Shown one piece after another: positions 13,487-26,348 of a stretch of 64,000 nt of DNA. Numbering within the stretch: the first letter of the stretch is position 1; each line of letters begins with the position of its first letter. The stretch spans positions 127,337-191,336 of the forward strand of contig MNCI01002555.1 of NCBI GenBank assembly GCA_015680685.1, written 5' to 3'. Source of the DNA: Gnetum montanum (Eukaryota; Plantae; Gnetophyta). The notes beneath the pieces were generated by a model. It worked only from the letters and a program-made list of their open reading frames with translations. It did no database searches and was not told the DNA's origin. Position numbers and translations under genes: made by a program.

Positions 13487-13689
13487 GTACATGATTTTTT
13501 CTTATTTTATGTTTTATAATTTTGATCGCCTAAAACAAGAATGAAAGGTAAAGTAATTGAAGATCTAGCTCATCTACTGCCTAGCTAGCCTAACACAAGT
13601 AACTATCCCACTTTCTTGGATACATATTGAACACATATAGTGTTGTTGGACTACAAAATGTTAAGCATTGCTAGGTTACCAAGTACTAT

Positions 13690-14120
13690 ATGTATGTTTG
13701 AAGTGGTCGTGGTTGTGTTCATTAATTACTGGAAAGTAATTACTTAATTCAAGTGCATTAAAGTAAAGTGCATGAAAGTAAAGTGCATTGAAAGAAACAT
13801 TAATATATTCTTAGTGTTGCAAGGATTTTCAAAAGAGTTTGTTTTTATTCTCATCACATTGCTGCTCTTGGTATATTAGTGTTCGAACAAAGAACCACAC
13901 ACACTTAGAATTCTTCTACAAGAACTCAAAAAATATTCTAACTTTGGGGAAAATAAACTGCAAGATCTTTGCTACTTTGACTAGAAATTACAAAAACTAA
14001 TGCCAAACTAGGAGCCCAAGTGCTATATTTATAGGCCAATGTATACCCCCTGATGTTGGATACCTGAAATCGCATCTGGACCCTGATGTTAGATATCCAA
14101 TGTCGGTGCAAACAAAGAAA
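13690..14120 (-). repeat. Inverted LTR fragment related to 8670-8870
   Basis: Reverse complement of 13740-13940 aligns by eye to 8670-8870; TATA-like GGCCTATAAATATAG on the minus strand at ~14023-14037. Confidence 0.5.
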
Positions 14121-14129
14121 CATGTTTTA

Positions 14130-14297
14130 TCACTAAGGGATTATCATTTGGAGTGATGGTAATGCTTGTTTCTCAAGTTAAAGAGATAAGTTCAAGCCTA
14201 GGCGTAGCCACTAGAAGAGGTTAGGCTTTCACTCATCTACAAATCCTCCCAAGACCCCACCTAGTGGGATAAGCATTGTGGCTATGGGTGATGATCC
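14130..14297 (+). mobile_element. tRNA-derived SINE (RTE/Au-like 3' end)
   Basis: A-box-like TGGAGTGATGG, B-box-like AGTTCAAGCC, and 3' GACCCCACCTAGTGGGATAAG; a second inverted copy lies nearby. Confidence 0.6.
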
Positions 14298-14517
14298 TAG
14301 GATACTTATGATAACCTAGTAGTATGGGTTTTGGCCTAGTTATATTAGGTCATAGGTTTAATTCTACTAGGTAGCATTAAGTTATAAATTAAAAATAAAA
14401 ATTCTATAAAAGAAATTATCAAACTAATTTAATAATCTAAGGGATCTTAGTGAATGTAAATATAATTAAAAAAATTATAGTATGAATAATAGATAAAAAA
14501 AGATTAGTTATAAAAAA

Positions 14518-14697
14518 TGATCATTAGGTAATAGCTCAATGACCATCTTGCTAGGGCAAGGTCCTATGAGGATAGTAGATGGAAAAAATTTTAATCTCTT
14601 TCGAGTGGCTCTTCTAGGCTTAAACTCAAGTCTTAGGACTTGAGAAAAAAGAATCTTATCATCACTTCCAAGTAGTGACCCCTTAAGGTTATAAAAT
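14518..14697 (-). mobile_element. Second copy of the same SINE, inverted
   Basis: Reverse complement aligns along its length with 14125-14297. Confidence 0.55.
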
Positions 14698-15673
14698 ATT
14701 TCAATAATAATGAAGATTTATTTAGGTGATAGGGGTCTCACTAGTTTTGGAACAATGAGATATATCATACAAATAATAGTATGACCCATTTGTAAGCTTC
14801 AATGACAATGTTGAGTGGGTTACTAAGAACACTTGTGTATATCATTGCATTCAATAAATATGAAAGATATTATAATACATATGATACAAATGGAAATCCA
14901 TGTTACCATGATGTGAGGTTAAGAAAATATTTATAATTTTATGTTTTATAATTTTTATAGATTTTGACCTTTATGAGAAAAAAAAACAATAATACACACA
15001 AAGACAAATAAAATGACTCTTATTCACAACCTCAATGCCTCAATACCATGTTGTACAGTTGGGACCTCCTTGGATAAGTTTGAATCATCATAGCTTATGA
15101 AAACTAGAAATGCATAAATATTTTTACGATTTTAAGGTTTTTTGATGTTTTTGGTATTTTAATATTTAAGGCATCAATGATACAAAAATAAGAGATATCA
15201 TAAGCTTTATTCACTATGAAAACATTACACTTTGCATTGAACACACAATTCTAGGCTACATAAATATGGTAGCACTCTAATAGAGCCTAGTTGTACTTAT
15301 GGAATCGATGACTCAAAACACATCCAAAATAAGGAAAGAATCACTTATCCAAGGAAAGAAGAGCTTTTCACATGAAACCAAATGTCAAAATCCAAAGGAA
15401 AATGCTTGGAATCAAGTTCATTTCATATGGAGCTCATCTTGGATATTTATAGTTTTGATAGCATAATGATAAGGGTTTGCTAGTGCCCAGGTGCCAACAA
15501 AGATTTGTTAACATAGCCTAGACTAGCTAGAACACATCCAAGATGGTAGGAGAGGAAAGTACCTGAGCTAGGATACCAAGAGGGATGCATTAGTTCAAAT
15601 GCTAAGAAAATTAAGTTCAAATACTAATGCAAGATTTATAAAATTTCTATAATTTTTAAAAAATGGAAATCTT

Positions 15674-16301
15674 TAAAACACCACAAAAATTTGCATGTTA
15701 TAGCCAATCTTCATCATGTAGCTTTTTCCCCATGAAATCCAAGGAAAAACTTCATTGTCAATGTGAAGATTGTAACCCATAGTGGGTAATGCCTCATAAG
15801 TGGTCAAAGCCTCATTTCCTAAGTGAAAAAGGTTACCATGTAGAAATAATAGCCAATGTTGCAGATATGAAATTGTAGCATCAAAGGTTTGATAACCTTG
15901 GGAATGATATAACATTTGGATCATGGAGTTAACCACATTAATTTCAATGAACCTAGAACCCTCATCCAAGTAAACCCCCTTTGTTTCTCATTCAAGCATT
16001 ATTTGTACACATTTACCTAAATTATTCTTTATTTTTTAATAAAGCTTTAAGTTTTAAGTTTTCTGTATAAGATATATTTGTTTATTTTCTATGTATTATT
16101 TAGATCTATTATTAGTTTTTGCATTTCATTTCACTACACCATTTTGCAAACCTTCCAAGTCCTTGGTTGACCTACTGGACTAGCTAGGGTTCCTCGAATC
16201 CCATTTTTTCATGGAGGCATTGGGGATTTATGGGTTGAGGAACTATTATGCACCAAATCTCCTTTGATTTTTTCAAGTGATTGAATTTTCTGGTTGTAAT
16301 A
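15674..16301 (+). repeat. 5' LTR of B (internally deleted)
   Basis: 15674-15836 matches 36016-36203 and 15848-16301 matches 40303-40759; termini decayed to TA...TA. Confidence 0.85.
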
Positions 16302-16309
16302 TTTTTTCT

Positions 16310-16326
16310 TAGTGCTAGAAGGAGGG
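16310..16326 (+). promoter_or_regulatory. Primer binding site (tRNA-Asn type)
   Basis: TAGTGCTAGAAGGAGGG matches TGGCGCTAGAAGGAGGG (complement of the plant tRNA-Asn 3' end) at 15/17, just after the LTR. Confidence 0.8.
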
Positions 16327-16539
16327 CCTTCGCCTAATTTTTGTGGCCAAATTTGATTGTCATTATTGCCAAAATTGCCTATTATATTAAAATCTATGTT
16401 TTACAGCCAAAACCTTTGAATATGCATTTTAATCAATGTGGCCACCCATCTTACTTTGCTCCTAAGACCCAGCATGGAGTGGCAGGTGTTTGGGCTTTGT
16501 AATTTTTTTTATAGTAGTTGCTATGAATTTCCAAAGCTA

Positions 16540-18190
16540 GCGTTGATTTTCTAGTGCACTTTTTAAATCCTCTTGGCTACCAAAATTCTCTCAGTTATTA
16601 ATGTTGGCTGTGCAACCCTTCTAGAGACTACCAAACTTATGGAAGTTAGTTTTCCCCCAACTTTCTAGGCTAAAAAAAAATTGGCAACTTGCCAAAACCA
16701 AATCTTAGTGGAAAAACACCAATTTCCCACTTTGGTTTTCAACCCATCCTCCTTGCAATCAAAGCTTAATGTGAAAATTGCAAGTGATTGGTTGGTGGTT
16801 TTTCATAGCATTTACTATAAAGTTTTTAGCCCAAAATCTAGTGTTGAAACCATGTCACCCTTGATTTCTTTTGCTACCAATTTCTTCTCCAATTTCTAAA
16901 GTGGATGGTTCAACTCTTTCATAAGTTGGCTTTCCCCCCCTTCCCCCCAATTTTTCCAAACTGAGAAAATCAGTAGCTAGCTAAAACCAATTTTAGTGGA
17001 AAAACACCAACTTTTCACTTTATTTTTCAGCCTTCCCCCTCATTAACATTGGGGTAGGAGCTATGAGATTCCGATAATCTCATCCCCCCTTCTTTCCTCC
17101 TTTGCCATAGCCAGTGTGAAGGCAATTGGGAGGCTAGTGTGGGTAAAGTTTATTACCATCTTAATGACCAGATATGCTTTTATTTCATAGCCAAAATTGC
17201 AAGTTGAAAGCTTTTTTTCCATATTTTTGCAGCCACAACTCCTAAAAGATCAATGCTGACCCTTCCCCCCTATGACCAAAACTATAGTGTGGAACTTGCA
17301 AGTGGTTAGATGGTGGCTTTTCACAACAACTACTATGAATTTTTTCAGCCTGAAAGCTAGCATTAAAACCTTTCCTCTCTTTTTCCTTTTGCTATCAATT
17401 TTTCTAGCTTCTAAAGTAGGCGGTGCAAACCTTTTGAAAATTACTTAATGTTCGAAAGTTAGCTTCCCCCCATTTTTCCAAGATAAGAAAGTTGCAACCT
17501 ACGAAAACTAAGTTCTTAGTGGGAATACCGACTTTTCACTTTGATTTTTCAACCTTTTCCCCCTATCAATGTTGGGTTATGAGGTGTGAGATTCCCATTA
17601 ACTCACCCCCTTTCTTTCCCCCTACCATACCGAGTGTGTAAGTAGTTGGGAGGGTAGCATGGAAGAGGCTTAATACCAACTTTGCCAAAATCAACATTGC
17701 AAGTTGAAAGCCTTTTTCCATATTTTTGTAGCTAGAACTCCTAAAAGATCAATGTTGCCCTTTTCCCCCCATGACCAAAATTTCATTGTGGAAGTTGTAG
17801 GTGGTTGGGTGGTGGTTTTCACAACACTTGCTATGAATTTTTTTCCTCCAAAGCTAGCATTGATATTCCTTCCTCTTTTTTCCTTTTTGTTACTAATTTT
17901 TCTAATTTCCAAAGTGGGTGGTGCAACCCTTCCAGAAATTACCACACTTTTAAAATTTATCTTTCCCCTTATTTTTCCAAGCTAAGAAAATTGACAACCT
18001 ACCAAAACTAAGTTCTTATGGGAAATACCAACTTTCCACTTTGATTTATTAACTTTTTCCCTTCTCCCCAACGTTGAGATAGAAGGTGTGAGTTTTTCAT
18101 TATCTTGCCCCCTTCTTTTCCCCCTTGCTATACCTAGTGTAAAGGTAGTTGGGAGACCAACTTGGGTAAGGCATGTTACCAACCTTTTCA
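16540..18190 (+). repeat. Tandemly duplicated blocks in the 5' leader of B (~500-bp duplication 17190-17695 / 17695-18190 plus older subunits)
   Basis: TTGCAAGTTGAAAGC...AACTCCTAAAAGATCAATG recurs at ~17197 and ~17697. Confidence 0.75.
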
Positions 18191-18359
18191 ACTTTCCATT
18201 TATGGTAAAGGGGTAAACCCCCTTACTCTCACTTACTAATTTTAGCAAGTACTTCATTTTCAATTGTTTTTGTTTTCTTTAAATGTTTTTGAATTTCATT
18301 CACTGGAATTTACTTCTATTTTATCATTTATAGCCTTATTTTAAGTTGTTCTCAATACC

Positions 18360-21300
18360 ATAGCCATGTCTTTCCAACAATCTACCAAGTTGTCCCTCAC
18401 TTTCATTGGTGAAGGTCCTAGTCAATAAGCCATGAGGGTATATGATCCCAAAGACCATGTTATCATCAAATGTAGGTAATTTCAGAGAGTTAGGAAAAAG
18501 TCCTAATTTTGCAATCATAAATGAAGATTGATATAACTTCATTTTTTCCAAAATACAAGTTGGCATATTGATTCCACATTTGAAAGTAGAAGCCAAAAGG
18601 GAGTTCAAACTTTTCCATCATAATGGTAAGGGGCACATCCCTTCCCTCTATGGCTAGATACCTCTATTTGATATCTATGTTGGTATACTAGCCTAATTGA
18701 TTAAGATGGAAAAAGAGGATGAAAAACATAGCTCCACATAATGACAAGAAGAGGAGGATGAATTTAAGGTAGAATATAAGCCCAAAAACATCTTAGGGGG
18801 ATTGTTCCAACAAGCAACCCCCAAGGCCACCGAGCCTTCCTCTAACACTTTTTTTTTTCTCCATGGGCATGGTGCCACCATCGTTCACTCCTTCCTACCC
18901 TACCATGGCTAGTCCCACATTGGTCATAGCCATGCATTAAACTCAATCGATGTCATAATCTATGATCCATAATCCATCTATGTCATTTGCCACATGGCCT
19001 CAATCTGTAAAATCATGAATGGTGGTTTTTACCACAGCAAATCCATTGACTACTCATATAGGGCCTATCATGGGACCCTAATAAAATCAGAGGTTACACA
19101 CCCCATTTGTCCCATTTGTGCCTTAGGTACTGACACAAACATCCTTTTCCTTGTTTGGCCCACAAGCCACAACCATAACACAACCTCTTCCTTTTATCAT
19201 GTATTCCATAATGAGGTGATAGGCCTCATAACAAATACCAAAACCCTATGTATAAACCCCACAACCAATAGGATCACCACAGGGCCTAGATTAGGCTTTC
19301 TAGATGATTGAAGACCTAACAGAGGAGCTGGCTTAAAGCCTCTACCTTACAGACTATCAAGATTATGGATTTCTACTAGGACGATCCCATAAGTCTTGTA
19401 GTTCCACCCTTGGCACTTCCTCCTAGTGTCCCTATTCCTTAATTTAGCAAGTATTATGGAGAAGGTGATCCCAATTCTCACCTCATTACCTTTTGATCTA
19501 AATGCTTACTCTTACAACCATGGCCTCATACCATCATGAGGATTTTCCCTATGTTCTTGACTAGAAAATCACTTGATTAATACCATGCATTACCTAGGGA
19601 ATCCATATCCTCTTTGAAGGACTTTATTGCCAATTTTTTCAACCACTTCAAGTATAACTTGAAGCCTAACACCATACTTGACTAATTCATGAAGGTTAAG
19701 CAAGGACCATTAGAACTTGTAAAGAAGTTCATCTAGCGATGAAATGGACTATTGAACGAAATACCAGAGCCCATCGTTGATGCTCATCTTTTAGCCATAC
19801 TCAAGGGGGAAATGAATAACTTATTATCAAATTCAAACTCTACTACCTTGATTTGCGGTCTCTTAGCTAAGCATTCTTGCAAACCAAGAACATAGAAGAT
19901 GCTACAAAGGCTAGTCATGATTTGGCTTATGTAGCATATAAAAATTAACATGCACAAAGAGACATAGAAAAGAGCAAATAGAACAACATGATTTTAGCAA
20001 GTGTGACAAAAGAAACAAAGACTACAAACTAGGGGTCAAAGGCAAATCCACCCAAGGCCCCTACTAATGACCACAATAGCAAACCATCAACCTATAGAGC
20101 CACTACATCAACAAAAACTAGACCTAACTTCAAAAGAAAGAATAGGTCCAAATACACTATCTTACCTATGAAACCATCTGAGTTACTAGAAAAACTATTA
20201 AAGAATGGGCACATGCAACATAAACAAATGATCGAAGTTTCTTGAAAGAAACATGAGCGGTTATGTGAAATAGCCAAAGACCTCACTTGGGCAATGAAGG
20301 ATGATCCTTAATTGCCTAGATACTTCAAACTAGACCACTTTTGCCATTATCATCGACTACTTGATCATGACACAGACTTTTTACTTACACTAAAGGATTA
20401 CCTACAAAGGATAATAAGTAGTGGGGAGCTAGTCTTACATGCTTCCAATCCAGTTTGGCCACAAAACTAGTTGATGCAGGTCTACAAAGATCCATTGAAT
20501 GCTAATGACAACCATTATGTTATTTCAACATTCAACATTAATGATGATCGAAGACCTAAAAGAGAACCATTTGTGATTCAAATACCCTTCTATATGGAAA
20601 GGACTTCTTCAGCTTTCCATAGCTCAAGATCCCCCTTTTTCATAAGAGTACCATCACGAGTGCCTCCCAAGGAACCTTTTTTCATCAGGGTACCCTAGCC
20701 CAACACAACCCAAGTAGCTGTAGCCCAACTAATTGCATAATGACCCCCTATGGTGGCTAATGCTATTGCCTCTTCCTCACAACAAATGGCTGACTAATAA
20801 AAAAATTTAGCCAAACAAAGGAAGAAACATAAGTAAAAGCTTTACAACAAGGGTGACAAGTAGATAGAAACACAAAAGGAAGTGGGCCCACCAAAGCCCA
20901 CTTGCATGTCAGTTATACTTATGACCTCCTTTACCCAATTCATTCAACCAACAAGCCACAAGAGGACACCAAAGCCCACAACCAAAACACTGATGAAAAG
21001 CCCCAGCAACCATAACATAAAGCTAAAGTTCACATTTTGGGTTGCATGAAGGAAGAAAAATGCAATCAAGGTGACAAATCCACAAGCAATGATAAAAGCT
21101 TTCTTAGTGCGATAAACCAAGTTAGGCAATCCCTCAAGTAAAAGAATACAATGATAAGCTTATATGACCTAATCATGAATTTTTCTACACATCGTGAGGC
21201 ACTAGTCAAAATGTTGACTTTCATCTCCATTAGTGAGGATATCCCCACTAATGAGGAATCCATCCATGTAGTAATGGTTCCACCATCACCAAAGGAGGTA

Positions 21301-22019
21301 ATGTTAATGAACCTTATATTTTGTGATAGTAAAATTAAGGTTAATCCCTAAAATTATGAAGTAACTATGGCCCCTCTATTAATAACTATATGCATAGGAT
21401 AGTTTAAAGTACATCAGGTGCATGTTGATGATGGAGCCACAACCAATGTCATCCCATGCACCATTGTTGAATGTCTGGCCTAGTTGAGCAAATACAACCT
21501 ACATCAACTATAGCTCTTAAGTCTTTCAATGGATCAAGAGTTGCTATCAAGGGGTATATATGCTTGGATTTTGTAGCTGGGGAGAAATTCCCCGCAACTG
21601 CCAACTTCTTGATGGTGGAAGAGATACCAGGATTCAACCTAATCTTGAAAAGATCTTGGTTGGCTCAATTACGAGTTGTGTCCTCACCCATCCATCAAGA
21701 AATTCACCTTCCTTATAGGGGAGGTGAAATCATCATTCATTGTAATAACATAGTTTCCTTGGCTATCAACAACATAAACATAGAGCAAGGGTCTAAAGTG
21801 GAGCTTTAAGAAGAAGCTCCCAACCATGAAATCCAACAGTCCAAAAAAGAGCAACAACCCAAGAAAGCCAATGATGATAGTAATAAGCAATGGAATGCAT
21901 TATGGGATGAACTGCCTTTTAACATCGTAAGCAAAGGAGATGATGGATATAAGCTTGTGCAGAATTGGAATTACTCACTTTTTGATCTTGCAAAGATTAG
22001 GAAGGATCTACACAAGTGA
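18360..22019 (+). pseudogene. gag: Gag-protease of B (many stops and frameshifts)
   Basis: YGEGDPNSHL, YKDPLNAN, SLYDLIM, VHVDDGATTNV and FNLILKRSWLAQLRVVSSPIHQEIHLPY are homologous to A; stop at 22017-22019. Start is approximate. Confidence 0.85.
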
Positions 22020-22254
22020 AGTTCACATTAGCCTTCTCCATCCCATGCCCCTATGACCAGATGCACCAATAGCCATGTAGCCTTACTTTCCTTTGTAGTT
22101 TATTATATTTTTTTATGCATTTTTTGTTTTACTCTTTATACATGTAGCCTAAGTTCATTTTCATTTTTACAGCCTTTCTTTATTTTACTTATGTTATAAA
22201 AATAAAAAAAGCCTTACAAGTATATATTTCTATTTCATCACTATTCTGTAAGAT

Positions 22255-22480
22255 GTTAAACTGGAATTTTATTTTGCCAAGACCTTAAGTTAGAGTTATT
22301 GCCCACCATGGCCTTAAACTGGAAAAGATAATCACACAACATAGTCCGCTAAGACTCTAAATTGGTGTTGTAGTTCGCTAAGACTTTAAAATGGCACTAT
22401 GGCTAGCCATGGCCTTAAACTAGCAACATAGCCACAATCACACAATATAACCTATGCTTGTGATGGCCTAAAACTAGTAA
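22255..22480 (+). repeat. Hairpin-TTAAACT repeat array after the gag-PR stop (B)
   Basis: ~28-30 bp units, e.g. AGTC-CGCTAA-GACT-CTAAATTGG and GGCT-AGCCAT-GGCC-TTAAACTAG. Confidence 0.75.
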
Positions 22481-22752
22481 ACATCTTATTTATTATTACA
22501 CTTCTTTTTGTCGATTAGCCATTTAATGTAGAACCAAATGTCAACATAGCCATTCTCAACATTTACTACAACTACAAATATATATATCCATAAAATAAAA
22601 CTAACATTTAAATTTAAATTTAAAATGTCCATAACATACATAGCCATGACCACAATGTGTGGCAAGAATAGCAAAAAAAAATAATAATCTATAACATAGT
22701 CTTGGCTAATCAAAGCCATCAACACGAAGATAAAAATAAATAGCAAAATAAG

Positions 22753-25700
22753 CTAAGTTGATGGAGGCCGCTGAGTGACATCTAGAGGAGGAAGTGGTGG
22801 GTCATTCCCACCCTCACCACTAGGGTCACCAATATTTCCTAAGGCCTAAAATGAAACAACATATATCTAGTTGGTAACCCATAGCCAAAATCATGACTTA
22901 AAACAAAAATAGAAAACATAGAATACATCAAACCTATGGAGATTCTAGCTCCATAACTTTCAGGGATAGATGGGGAAGGCCTTCCTTCAAATGATGGAGG
23001 ATTTGATCCTCCATCATGTTGACCCAAGCAACATCCCCAAGATTAATGCCAAAGAGGATGTTGGTATTATCTATAGGAGTCCAAGTAGGAGGCTCATGGG
23101 AAGTAGTAGCCATAGAAGTCTTGCCTATAATATTGGTAATCTGAGTAGTAGGGGATTGCTCCACCATGAGAGTTCTTTCAAAACGTTGATAAGCATTCTC
23201 TGCCTGGATCCTTTGGATGAATAGCTCTCTCTTGCATTGTTTAATAGACTTATCCTTGAGCCACTTAAGGTAGGCCCCATGATCCACATTATACTATTTC
23301 TTATGGATCTTTTATTTCTTTCCCCACTCTAGGACCTAAGTGCAGTGATCCTTCCAATCCTTAACCTTATGGAAGATGAGGTCTATCTGCATATGTTGTT
23401 TCACCATCTTTTGTAAGACCACTACTTTGTCCTAAACGACATGCAAGTAGTGGGTCCATGTGATCTTCCTAGTCAGAAACTCCCTTGAGTTGGTTACTTG
23501 GGCCTTCACAAAGGCCTTGTGGTCTCAAAGATCTCTAATAATCTCCTCCTATCATTGAGTCTTTTCACTTAAGGCCACAACTTCCTTCCATAGGGATTTT
23601 TTGACCTCTCTAGCTCCCATGAAGTTTTTGCACATGACATTGCTAGATTAGTAGTAGTCTTGTACAACTTCAAGGGTAAACTAGATACATCAGAGGGAAG
23701 CTTAGGTAAGGAGTCTATCTCCATGTCTTTAATGGGGTTCCAAACTAGAGAAGGCATTACATAAGCATAAAATACAACCATAAACATGATGCATAACCTA
23801 AGATAGCCATAACACAAGAATAGCCTACAATAGAAGCATAAAAGAAAATCCTTACCTATCTCTGGTGCAACCTAATGCAACTGATTGATGATGTCCTTAG
23901 CCATCTCATGCATGAACTCCACTTTGTCTAGAGTCTCTACCCATGGTTTCACATGAAACTTAGGAATATGAGCTTGTGTTAGTGACTTGAAAAATAATAT
24001 AAGCATAATAATCATCAAAATATTAGGATGAAAACAAAAGATAAACATGAAATAAAATGAAAGCATTGAGGAATGGGCATACTTGGCCCCTCCTCCTCCT
24101 CTTTCATCTCTAGGATGATAATGGAGGATGTACCTGGCACCACCTCACCAAAAAAGGTGTCTAGATCATCTATACTTGCATCAGTAAATCCTTCAACCAT
24201 AGGTTGCTTTAGGAGTGCCTATTTTGCATGCGTTTGTTCCACCTCTACAGCAACTTAGGTTTCCATAGCCTAATGCTTGTATACAATCATAGCACATAGA
24301 AAACTAGTTAACACATGAAGTCATAAAGTAGCCATAAACTTTAAAACATGAAATAGCCATATTTAAAAAAACCATACATGTAACTACTTACTATGATGCC
24401 CTAAGCTTAAACTTAAGCTTCTTCAGGGTAGGTTGATCTGATGCTAGTGGTGCTTCCTCCACAAGCCTCTAGAGTTTCTCCCTAGCTATTCCTTTGACCT
24501 TCATACGCCATTGTCTAGCATCTAGGACACTAGTAGGAAATGTGAGAGGCTCATTGCCATTAGTTCTATCAGGAGACTCGCATTGCCTAACATCAAGATT
24601 CTTAGTGGTGATGGATAACATATCATCCATCCCCTCTAGTGGGTTCTGGGCCTACAACATTGGATAAATGTACTTTGTCCAAGGCCTAGACATTTGGCTT
24701 GGGTCTTGAAAATCCCATTTTCCATTCTTGTACACCATTAGAAAATCCACAAACCTCTTCAAATAACTTGCAAAAAATGTAATGTGCATATGGATTATTG
24801 TAGATGTGTTAGCACAGAGTCTAAGGATCTCCTCCTAAAGCTCAATAGCCAAAGCAGCCACCTAGTCAAATTTGGTGCCCTCCATTAGGACCTTCTTACA
24901 GGTCTACCCCTACACTATGCAGATTATCTTATTTTGGAATATAGTTTGGGAAACACATGAGACCTAAATAAAGGATATAATTCCTTTGCATTAGGATTTG
25001 TAAAGATATCCATGGAAATTTTAGAGTGGCCCATGTTGGCACCAAGCCACTTCAAAACTTTATTGCGATGGCTAGTTTCCCTTAATATCTTGGTGGGAAC
25101 CTTTGCCCCATCAGCAGGGAGAATAAAAAAGTCATGAAAGAGGAATGCACCAATGACCATGTTCACCTTCACACCCTGGATGATGGTGTTAAAATGACCA
25201 ACCTTCTCATCAAAGGAGTTGATGGCATGAAACATCTCCATAGTAAGGATGGAAGGGATAGGTACCATAAATATGTTAAGAAAACTTGCACACTAGATGT
25301 TTGCTTCAACATGCTCAAGCACTTGTCCCTTTAGCCACTCTTGTGTTGGTGTCACCTTACCAAACTTCAGGATGAGGGTATCCTCATAACGTGTCCATGA
25401 AAGTGTTTTGGTGACATCAGTAGAGGTGGAAGATCCTAAAAAGAGATAACCAAAAGTTTAGTATCAACATAAGAAAGTTTAACAACTAGTAAAAAAAATA
25501 GAACACTCAAAGTTATAGCCATGAAACACTAGAAGCTACAGCCTTTATGTTTACCTTTCCTTTTCTTCTTTAGTGTGGAGGTCCTAGCTACAATGGTCTA
25601 ATTCATAGAGTTGTCGAAATCTACCACTAGTTGTGCATCTTTCCATCATCCTTGCACTTATTGTATACAAGGTTGAGCCTTAAGGTTTATGCATCAAAGT

Positions 25701-26348
25701 CCCCTCTTAACTATTAATACATAATAATTCTGATCTAAGGACTCTTGATGAATTTATCCAAAGTAGTTTATGTCACTACCAAGATTTGATCATTGATGAT
25801 CAAGCCTTGATCATTGACCTTGTACCTACAAGAAGTGTATAAAAATGATGAAGTTAGAGAAGATATTTAAGTAAAAACATAAAAACATTACAACAACCAT
25901 GCTTACCCTTGTAGACGATACACAGTGTTGAGCAAGTTCTAGAATAATGTGTGGGCTCTATGCACCACCATTAGAGTATTTTCAGCATTATACTGTTTAT
26001 ACTCTAGCATCATCTAGATATTTGTGAGGTAACATGGGTTGATGATGTCTGTTGAGCCCCTTGTTATATTAGGAGGTAGCTTTTCAGAAATAAATTTGAC
26101 AATTAGACTTGATGCCTGAGGCAATAGGCTCTCCACTATAACCCCTACCACATCTACAGACAAGTATGACCACAACATCACACTAAAGTTCTTTAAGATG
26201 TAGGCAAGGAATTCCCTTGCCCCAGGTTGGAACCATAGTGACAGCTTTCCCAAAGCCATACTAGGAAGTGGGTATTGGTTTTGGGATGACTAATATAGCA
26301 CAAGATACCCACCAACTCCATAATGATGAGGATGGATTTCAAGTAAAC
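22753..26348 (-). pseudogene. Antisense multi-exon accessory gene of B: FCP1/NIF HAD-like domain + plant transposon accessory domain + coiled-coil
   Basis: Exons ~26348-25907, 25825-25555 and 25435-24392 plus shorter 3' exons, with GT-AG introns. Protein and intron positions are homologous to D 57089-60820. Confidence 0.75.
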
